53,199 nucleotides of DNA from a virus (Duplodnaviria > Caudoviricetes): positions 1 through 53,199 of IMG/VR virus record IMGVR_UViG_3300030116_000231. One strand, 5' to 3'. Below are positions 46,437 to 53,199 of this stretch, piece by piece; the first letter of the stretch is position 1, and each line of letters begins with the position of its first letter. The translations under genes were made by a program, and so were the position numbers. The notes below the pieces were generated by a model, which saw only the letters and a list, made by a program, of their open reading frames with translations, was not told the DNA's origin and made no database searches.

Positions 46437-47096
46437 ATGCAGATAGCACATTCTTTTTCAGCAATTAAGATGTATGAGAACTGTCCTAAACGATACTACC
46501 ACCAGAGAGTAACGAAGGAAGTCCAAGATACAGGCGGTGAAGCAAGTCGATACGGTGAACGCATCCATGAGTTTCTGGAACAGCGTCTTGTGAACGACAC
46601 AGCCTTGCCGCAGGAGGCTGAGAAGTACGAGGTGCTTTGTCAAACCATTGAGAAGATGGCAAGAGGTGGAGAGCTACACGCAGAGCGACAGCTGACACTG
46701 ACGGAGAACCTTACACCAACAAGTTGGTTTGCGAATGACGCATGGTTCAGATCCATACTCGATGTTTTGATTATTAAAGAAGACACAGCAATAGTAATTG
46801 ATTGGAAAACAGGTAAGCGTAGACCAGACTTTACACAGCTTGAGATGTTCGCACTACAAGTGTGGAAGCATTTCCCTGAGATTGTGCGAATCAAGACCAC
46901 GTTCGTATGGCTCAAAGAGATGAAGATGGACACCGAAGAATACAGTCGAGAGCAATCAGACGAGATGTGGCAAAACTTACTGGGGCGTATCAATAGGATA
47001 TACGAATCAGTTGAGCATAAGAACTGGCCTGCTAAACCGAGTGGTCTATGTAGGTTCTGTCCTGCTCAAAGTTTGTGTGAGTATGCACAGATATAA
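46437..47096 (+). CDS. PD-(D/E)XK Cas4/RecB-like exonuclease
   Basis: CPKRY, G..IH, LD...IDWKTG, QL, CRFCPAQSLC. Confidence 0.88.
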   Translation: MQIAHSFSAIKMYENCPKRYYHQRVTKEVQDTGGEASRYGERIHEFLEQRLVNDTALPQEAEKYEVLCQTIEKMARGGELHAERQLTLTENLTPTSWFANDAWFRSILDVLIIKEDTAIVIDWKTGKRRPDFTQLEMFALQVWKHFPEIVRIKTTFVWLKEMKMDTEEYSREQSDEMWQNLLGRINRIYESVEHKNWPAKPSGLCRFCPAQSLCEYAQI

Positions 47097-47116
47097 CTTG
47101 ACAAGTATGTAATCTT

Positions 47117-47443
47117 ATGGCATCTACACCAGAGGGTAAAATAAAACGTAAACTTGACAAGATGTTAAAGGAAGAAGGCATCTGGTATTACAACCCCCAA
47201 GCAGGGCCGTTTGGTAGGGCAGGTATACCTGACAAGGTTGCGATAGTGAGTGGACGATTTATAGGGATTGAGTGCAAGGCGGATAAGACAAAGAAACCTA
47301 CAGCACTACAAGTAAAAGCAATGAAGGAGATAGAGATGGCAGGGGGCAAATGCTTTCTCGTATATGACGAAGACACAATAGAGGAAGTTCGTCAGTACAT
47401 TAAGAGTAAACAAGACACGAGTTGGGTGGAGCTAGGATGTTAG
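47117..47443 (+). CDS. VRR-NUC nuclease
   Basis: TPEG...GIPD...FIGIECKA...PTALQ. Confidence 0.88.
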   Translation: MASTPEGKIKRKLDKMLKEEGIWYYNPQAGPFGRAGIPDKVAIVSGRFIGIECKADKTKKPTALQVKAMKEIEMAGGKCFLVYDEDTIEEVRQYIKSKQDTSWVELGC

Positions 47444-48987
47444 TAGTAGAGCAAGCAAAGGCTCTAGCACTAAACCTTACAAACCCAAACCGAGTGTTAG
47501 AGACAATACCAACAGCGAAGGTACTTAACTTCAAAGGTAAAGACCTAGTGGTGACACCGCATGGTCAAGACGAAGTAAAGGTACTACGCAATCTAGGCAT
47601 CAAAGCACCTGCACCTATCCTGTATTACTACGATTGGGTAGGTCAGTTTACACCGTATGAACACCAGAAGATGACTGCTGCCTTTCTAACTATGAACCAG
47701 AAGGCACTGGTGCTTAACGAGATTGGTACTGGTAAGACACAGTCTGCACTATGGGCGGCTGACTACCTTATGAAAACAGGTGCTATTAAGAAGGTGCTGA
47801 TTATATCACCGCTGTCCACACTGGAACGTGTGTGGGGTGACGGTATCTTTATGGGCTTCCCTGAGCGTAAGCATGTAACCTTACATGGTACTGCGGCTAA
47901 ACGGAAGAAGCTACTACATGTAGATGCTGACTTCTTTATCATTAACCACGATGGCTTCCCTATCGTATCCGAGGAAACCGTTGGTATGTTTGACTTAGTG
48001 ATAGTTGATGAGGCCGCTGTCTATCGCAATCCATCTACAAACAGATTCAAGATCTTGAGGAAGTGGATGGGCAAGAACACAGGAACACGTTTGTGGTTGA
48101 TGACAGGTACACCCACGCCGAATGACCCAACAGATGCTTGGGCGTTATCTAAGTTGGTAGACAGTCCATACAGCACCAAGACATACACTGCGTTCAGAGA
48201 ACAGGTGATGATGAAGATTGGTCAGTGGAAGTGGATACCAAGACCAGAGTCAGTGGACACTGTAAAACATATTCTGCAACCTGCTGTTAGGTACACAAGA
48301 GACGAGTGCTTTGACCTACCTGACACAGTATTCCAGACGCGTAAGGTCGATCTAACAAAGGAACAGAAAGACCATTACACAAAGATGCTCCGTCATTTCG
48401 TAGTCGAGATGGCAGAGGAAGGCACTATCACCGCTGTCAATGAGGCGGTCAAGTTACAGAAACTTGTTCAGATAGCTTGTGGCGTAGCCTATGGGGATGA
48501 TGGTCGCCACATTGAATTGGATTGTTCCCCAAGAGTGAAACTAGTAGAGGAGGTAATAGATGAAGTAGGAGGTAAAGTTATTGTATTCGTACCTTTGACA
48601 GGTACGCTACGCATGTTGGAGCGAGAGCTAGGAAAGAAGTGGTCAGTCGGTGTAGTGAATGGCGAGGTATCTGCCAGACAGCGCAACGAGATATTCCACA
48701 ACTTTCAGAACGGCAAAGACCCACATGTATTGATTGCTCATCCTGCAACAATGGCTCATGGGCTAACCTTAACAGCTGCATCGACAGTGATTTGGTATGG
48801 GCCAGTAACAAGCAACGAACAATATGTTCAGGCGAATGGACGGATAGAGCGTATTGGTAAAAAACATGTATCAAACGTAGTTCACATTGAGAGTACCGAA
48901 GTAGAGTACCGCATGTATGAACGGCTCAAGAACAAGCAGAAACTACAGGGCTTGTTGCTTGATTTGATACAACAAGAAACGAGGTAA
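47437..48987 (+). CDS. SNF2-like SF2 helicase
   Basis: EIGTGKT, VDEA, TGTP, HGLTLT, QANGRIERIG. Confidence 0.9.
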   Translation: MLVVEQAKALALNLTNPNRVLETIPTAKVLNFKGKDLVVTPHGQDEVKVLRNLGIKAPAPILYYYDWVGQFTPYEHQKMTAAFLTMNQKALVLNEIGTGKTQSALWAADYLMKTGAIKKVLIISPLSTLERVWGDGIFMGFPERKHVTLHGTAAKRKKLLHVDADFFIINHDGFPIVSEETVGMFDLVIVDEAAVYRNPSTNRFKILRKWMGKNTGTRLWLMTGTPTPNDPTDAWALSKLVDSPYSTKTYTAFREQVMMKIGQWKWIPRPESVDTVKHILQPAVRYTRDECFDLPDTVFQTRKVDLTKEQKDHYTKMLRHFVVEMAEEGTITAVNEAVKLQKLVQIACGVAYGDDGRHIELDCSPRVKLVEEVIDEVGGKVIVFVPLTGTLRMLERELGKKWSVGVVNGEVSARQRNEIFHNFQNGKDPHVLIAHPATMAHGLTLTAASTVIWYGPVTSNEQYVQANGRIERIGKKHVSNVVHIESTEVEYRMYERLKNKQKLQGLLLDLIQQETR

Positions 48988-48991
48988 CACT

Positions 48992-49396
48992 ATGAATCTA
49001 ACTGTAGACCAAGTGATAGAAGCGTACCTCAAGTATCGCAATAAGAAGGAAGCTCTTGAAGCTGAGATCAAAGACCAAGTCAAAGAACTCAAGGACAAGA
49101 TGGCGAAACTTGAGGCGTGGATAAAGACAAAAGCTGATGCCGAGGGAGTAACGTCTTTCAAGACAGCACATGGCACTGCCTTTGTCACAACCAATGACTA
49201 CGCAAATGTAGCAGACTGGGATGCTGTCCTAGCTTTCATCAAAGCTAACGATGCATACGACATGCTAGAGAAGCGAGTCAGTAAGAACGCTGTTCGTGGA
49301 TATATAGATCAGCAAAAAGCCGTACCGTCAGGCGTGAATTACGGAACACGCATTGATGTAAACGTCCGTAAACCTGCAAACAAAGTCGAAGACTAG
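48992..49396 (+). CDS. Coiled-coil replication-module protein
   Basis: GVTSFKTAHGT...DWDA...LEKRVS...VPSGV. Confidence 0.65.
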   Translation: MNLTVDQVIEAYLKYRNKKEALEAEIKDQVKELKDKMAKLEAWIKTKADAEGVTSFKTAHGTAFVTTNDYANVADWDAVLAFIKANDAYDMLEKRVSKNAVRGYIDQQKAVPSGVNYGTRIDVNVRKPANKVED

Positions 49397-49405
49397 GAGA
49401 CAATT

Positions 49406-50365
49406 ATGAACGATATTATACCGACTAACATCCAAGTACCTGCACACTTGGCAAACAAAATTGGACAGCCATCTGCTCTTGCAGACTCTATCAAAGGTGG
49501 CCTGTCATCCGCAGAGGGTGAAACATACCCACGCATCTCAATCAAAGGCTCACGCTTTCGTATTGTAGAGGGCGGTAACGAGACTGTACTTGATAGCAAT
49601 GTACTAGAAGCTGTGATTGTTGGGGCTAATCCTAACCTATCAAAGACATGGTACGCTAAAGAGTGGAGCAAGGATGCTGAACCTGCCGCACCTGATTGCT
49701 TCTCACTTGATGGCATTAGCCCACACCCTGAGGTGGAAGCACCACAGAATGACTTGTGTTCATCATGCCCCAAGAATGCATGGGGGTCTAAAGTGACAGC
49801 TACAGGACAGCAAGTGAAGGCTTGTTCTGATCAGAAGCGACTAGCTATCGTATCGGCTGACGATGCCGAAGGTGCTATCTATCTGTTGCAAGTTACACCT
49901 GCGGCACTGAAGGGTCTGAACGCATACCATAAGGAACTATCAGTCCGTGGCATTGCGCCAGAGATTGTGCGTACCAGAGTATCGTTTGATACCAACGCTT
50001 CATTCCCCAAGCTGACGTTTGCCTTTGGTGGCTTCAATGATGAGGAGACGCAAAACGCTGTTGACAAGTTGTTCGGCACTGACGAGGTCAAGACAATCAC
50101 AGGAGAACTTGCTGCTGCTAAACCAGTAGAGGTAGCTAAGCCCTCGCCTGTAAAAGCAGAGCCTGAGCCTGTTGCTCCTGCACCTGCACCTGAGCCAGTC
50201 GCAGAGGAACCTGCTCCTGTAAAAGGGTTTGGTGCTAAGAAAGCTGCTGAACCTGCACCTGCACCGAAGGTAGCTGAAGAACCTGCACCTGCACCTGCTG
50301 TCAATGGGGCGGCTAATGACCTAGCGGCAGAGATCGCTGACTTGATTGGATCAGCTGATGACTAA
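49406..50365 (+). CDS. Putative ssDNA-binding/annealing protein with a Pro/Ala-rich acidic tail
   Basis: RISIKGSRF; PDC...CSSCPKNAWGS...KAC; PAPAP repeats; acidic end. Confidence 0.6.
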   Translation: MNDIIPTNIQVPAHLANKIGQPSALADSIKGGLSSAEGETYPRISIKGSRFRIVEGGNETVLDSNVLEAVIVGANPNLSKTWYAKEWSKDAEPAAPDCFSLDGISPHPEVEAPQNDLCSSCPKNAWGSKVTATGQQVKACSDQKRLAIVSADDAEGAIYLLQVTPAALKGLNAYHKELSVRGIAPEIVRTRVSFDTNASFPKLTFAFGGFNDEETQNAVDKLFGTDEVKTITGELAAAKPVEVAKPSPVKAEPEPVAPAPAPEPVAEEPAPVKGFGAKKAAEPAPAPKVAEEPAPAPAVNGAANDLAAEIADLIGSADD

Positions 50366-50642
50366 TATGCCACCGCTAGACTTCACGAAAGTGGAAGCAC
50401 TGCGGAAACATATGTTGCTTACTACAGGCAATATGGCTGAGCTACTTGGTGTGTCACGGATGACTTACTACGCATGGGTAAAGGGTAAGCCCATTCGTAA
50501 GAAGAACGATATAAAAGTTCGTGACATACTGAGACAGCTACTAGCCTTGATGACAGAAGGTTGGCCTCAACCAGATGTCATTGCTCTAGAGCAAAAGTAT
50601 CGTTTCCAAAGGCTTCTTGAGATTTTGGACAAACAAGACTAA
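50358..50642 (+). CDS. Cro/XRE-like HTH regulator
   Basis: LRKHMLLTTGNMAELLGVSRMTYYAWVKG. Confidence 0.8.
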   Translation: MTNMPPLDFTKVEALRKHMLLTTGNMAELLGVSRMTYYAWVKGKPIRKKNDIKVRDILRQLLALMTEGWPQPDVIALEQKYRFQRLLEILDKQD

Positions 50643-50651
50643 GGTAGAAGA

Positions 50652-50674
50652 GAGGGGGTTTAACGCCCCCTTTC
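50652..50674 (+). terminator. Probable intrinsic terminator before the primase gene
   Basis: GAGGGGG-TTTAACG-CCCCCTTTC. Confidence 0.55.
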
Positions 50675-50696
50675 AAAACTGTGAAGGTAACAACAT

Positions 50697-53199
50697 ATGG
50701 ATACGCTGAAATTTTTACAGCGAGTCCTACCGTCTGAAGGGTATTATGTAACTACACTTATAGCTCCTGATGGCAAAGTCCAACAAGGGTTTTTTGACAC
50801 GGTAGAGGAACTCGCTAAAGCCTGTAAGAGGCTATCGACATCACAGCCAGATAAGAATGTCTATTTCGCTGTCTCTGCTTTCGGTAATAAGGGCAATAGA
50901 AAGCAAGAGAATGTACGAGCAACCAAGCTAGTAGCTGTTGATGTAGACTGCGGTGAAGGCAAACCTTTCCCTACATGGAAAGAAGGACTAGTAGCACTGG
51001 GTAAATTTGTTTCTGATATGAAACTACCCAAGCCGCTAATCATCCACTCTGGTAACGGACTACATGTTTACTGGGTGCTTGATAAAGAATTAGAGCCAGA
51101 AGAATGGAAGCCTCTAGCCGAGGCTATGAAGCAAGCCTGTGTAGCAAAAGGGTTTGATGTTGACCCTGCTGTACCTGCTGATAGCGCGAGAGTATTACGC
51201 CCTGTTGGTACAATAAACACAAAGGGTGGTAACGAAGTAAAGCTACTTGTCGATGCCGAGCCTGTAAATATTTCGACTCTGAGGGATTGCCTAAGTTATT
51301 ACTTCCGCGCAGCGCCTGGGACTAGTGTACGTCCTACTCGTGAGAACTCGTTGCTGGATAACCTAGCAGTAAAACAAGAGTTTCCCCCTGCTGTTGGGTC
51401 AGTAGTAGCAAGCAAGTGTAAGCAGATTGAGTGGGCTATAGCCAATCAAGGCGAGGTCGATGAGCCGTTATGGTATGACCTAATAGGAGTAGCCGCGCAC
51501 TGTATTGATCCTGAGAACACCGCAAAAGAATGGAGTAACCAACATCCAGCCTATGACGAAAAAGCAACCATACAGAAACTTGCTCACTGGAAACAATCCA
51601 CTACTGGCCCAACAACCTGTGCGAAGTTTGAAGCGGATAGACCGAACGGATGTAGAGGTTGTAAGTTCAAAGGCAAGATCGGTTCACCTGCCAGACTTGG
51701 GGTGCAGTATCAAGAGGTGGCTGTTTCACAGGAGGCGTTAGACAAAGTAGCTAACTCTGTACCTATGCCGAAACCCTTCAAGCGCACGAAGGAAGGCATC
51801 AAAGTTACCATAGACGATACAGATATTGATGTATGTAAGTTCGACATCTATCCAGTGGGCTATGGGTACGACGAATCACTGGGCTATGAGACTGTTAGGT
51901 TTCACTGGAACAGGCCACACATGGGGTGGCAAGAGATAACACTAAGGCAAGCGCACTTAGCAGAAGGCAGTAGAGAGTTTGCAACGGCAATCGCAGACCA
52001 AGGTATTGTCCTATACAACAAGAGGCAAACGGAGTACTTTCAACTTATGATGAGGTCATACATGGAAGAGCTTAGACAAATCCGTGCCATGACTAACCTC
52101 TACTCGACTATGGGTTGGAAGGAAAACAACACGGCATTTGTTCTAGGCGACACACTTATTAGGCGTGACGCTAATGGGGTCGTGTCAGAAGAAACTATCA
52201 AGCTATCGTCTGGAGTACACAGACAAGGTAGCGAACTATACCAGACTAAAGGCACACTAGATGGATGGTCTACACTGACATCCATACTGGAGAAGGCGGA
52301 TCTGAAAGCACATATGTTTACGCTAGGCGTAGCTTTCTCTGCCCCACTCTATAACTTCACTGGACTCAAAGGACTGACAGTATCGCTCTACGGTGCGACA
52401 GGTGGTGGTAAAACACTGGCGCAATACTGGGCGCAGTCAATCTATGGCAATCCTGATAAGCTGCACTTTGCAGCAAAGTACACACAGAACAGCTTGTTCT
52501 CACGACTTGGTACATACGCTAACCTTCCGCTGACCATAGACGAAGTCACCATGATGAACGACAAAGAGGTCGGTGACTTTTGTTATTGGGTAACTCAGGG
52601 TCGAGATAAAGCTAGGCTGAACCGTAACGCAGAAGAACGAGACGCAAAGACTTGGGCTACGCCAGTAGTAGTATCCACCAACAAGTCTCTGCAAAGTAAG
52701 TTGATAGCATCTGGCTTAGACACAGACGCACAGATGGCTAGGCTACTAGAGATTACAGTACCACAGAGTCCTATCTTTATTAGAAACTCAGAAGCAGGAC
52801 GTAAGATATACGAGGCAATACACTCTAACTATGGTCACGCAGGTAGGCTGTTTATAAAGAACCTACTAGAGATGGGTGAAGACGGTATACAAGCCGCCAT
52901 AGCGGAGGCAGCACAGACATTCAACAAGAGATACAAAGCAAAGTTTAGCGGCGAAGAACGGTACTGGGAGCAGTCCATTGTCCTAGCTGATCTAGGTATG
53001 AGACTAGCAAATGATTGGGGGCTTCTACAGTTTGACTATCAACAAGCAACCGAGTGGGTACTGGCACAGATCGGAGCTATCCGTAGAACTGTACAAGAGA
53101 ACCAAGTTGATTCGTTCGATCTTATCGCAGAGTACATGGCCGACAGTGCAGATGCACAGGTAACAGTGATGCATACAGCAGGGCAGAAACCACAGCCTG
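50697..53199 (+). CDS. AEP (RepB'-like) primase + Cys4 domain + DUF927 helicase; about 952 aa after circularisation (ends at 520); missing from the ORF track
   Basis: My translation: AVDVD, HSGNGLHVYW, DSARVLRPVGT; C...GPTTC...CRGC; LYGATGGGKT; LPLTIDE. Confidence 0.9.
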   Translation, partial: MDTLKFLQRVLPSEGYYVTTLIAPDGKVQQGFFDTVEELAKACKRLSTSQPDKNVYFAVSAFGNKGNRKQENVRATKLVAVDVDCGEGKPFPTWKEGLVALGKFVSDMKLPKPLIIHSGNGLHVYWVLDKELEPEEWKPLAEAMKQACVAKGFDVDPAVPADSARVLRPVGTINTKGGNEVKLLVDAEPVNISTLRDCLSYYFRAAPGTSVRPTRENSLLDNLAVKQEFPPAVGSVVASKCKQIEWAIANQGEVDEPLWYDLIGVAAHCIDPENTAKEWSNQHPAYDEKATIQKLAHWKQSTTGPTTCAKFEADRPNGCRGCKFKGKIGSPARLGVQYQEVAVSQEALDKVANSVPMPKPFKRTKEGIKVTIDDTDIDVCKFDIYPVGYGYDESLGYETVRFHWNRPHMGWQEITLRQAHLAEGSREFATAIADQGIVLYNKRQTEYFQLMMRSYMEELRQIRAMTNLYSTMGWKENNTAFVLGDTLIRRDANGVVSEETIKLSSGVHRQGSELYQTKGTLDGWSTLTSILEKADLKAHMFTLGVAFSAPLYNFTGLKGLTVSLYGATGGGKTLAQYWAQSIYGNPDKLHFAAKYTQNSLFSRLGTYANLPLTIDEVTMMNDKEVGDFCYWVTQGRDKARLNRNAEERDAKTWATPVVVSTNKSLQSKLIASGLDTDAQMARLLEITVPQSPIFIRNSEAGRKIYEAIHSNYGHAGRLFIKNLLEMGEDGIQAAIAEAAQTFNKRYKAKFSGEERYWEQSIVLADLGMRLANDWGLLQFDYQQATEWVLAQIGAIRRTVQENQVDSFDLIAEYMADSADAQVTVMHTAGQKPQP
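53036..53199. repeat. Terminal direct repeat copy 2 (assembly circularity overlap)
   Basis: Matches 1-164 and lies inside the primase-helicase ORF. Confidence 0.95.

Noticed and set aside
44929-47159. Extra AACTTGACA copies inside pol and VRR-NUC
   Set aside because: Explained by (Q/K)-L-D codons.
1-53199. tRNA genes, integrase/att site, alternative genetic code
   Set aside because: No cloverleaf in the short intergenic gaps and no recombinase motifs; genes are intact in code 11 and use TAA, TAG and TGA as stops.

Overview
The window is an essentially complete, circularly permuted tailed-phage genome with podovirus-type morphogenesis genes. The unit length is about 53,035 bp, because bases 1-164 recur at 53036-53199 with 4 mismatches. 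Two arms diverge from a control region at about 35.7-37.2 kb. The minus arm (35700 to 517) carries TerS/TerL, portal, scaffold, a P22-gp5-like capsid, small basic Cys-rich proteins, adaptors, a modular tail-fibre cassette, a lysis block with a GH108 endolysin, the nozzle, a GNAT, and three ejection proteins. The plus arm (36028 to 53199, continuing into 1-520) carries twin paralogous early genes, a MoxR AAA/vWA-metallopeptidase cluster, an HslV-like Ntn hydrolase, family-A DNA polymerase, Cas4-like and VRR-NUC nucleases, an SNF2 helicase, and an AEP primase-DUF927 helicase that crosses the window ends. No integrase, tRNA, CRISPR array or reverse transcriptase was seen. The best candidates for undescribed biology are: (1) a terL 3'UTR segment that is antisense to the shared RBS/start-codon sequence of early genes; (2) a recurrent [YM]xxGGx[VIL] motif in several unrelated late proteins; (3) twin early paralogs around an iteron-rich putative origin with a perfectly symmetric bidirectional promoter; (4) a plug-and-socket tail-tip cassette. 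All family calls come from motif recognition by eye, not database searches. A marine alphaproteobacterial host is only a guess.
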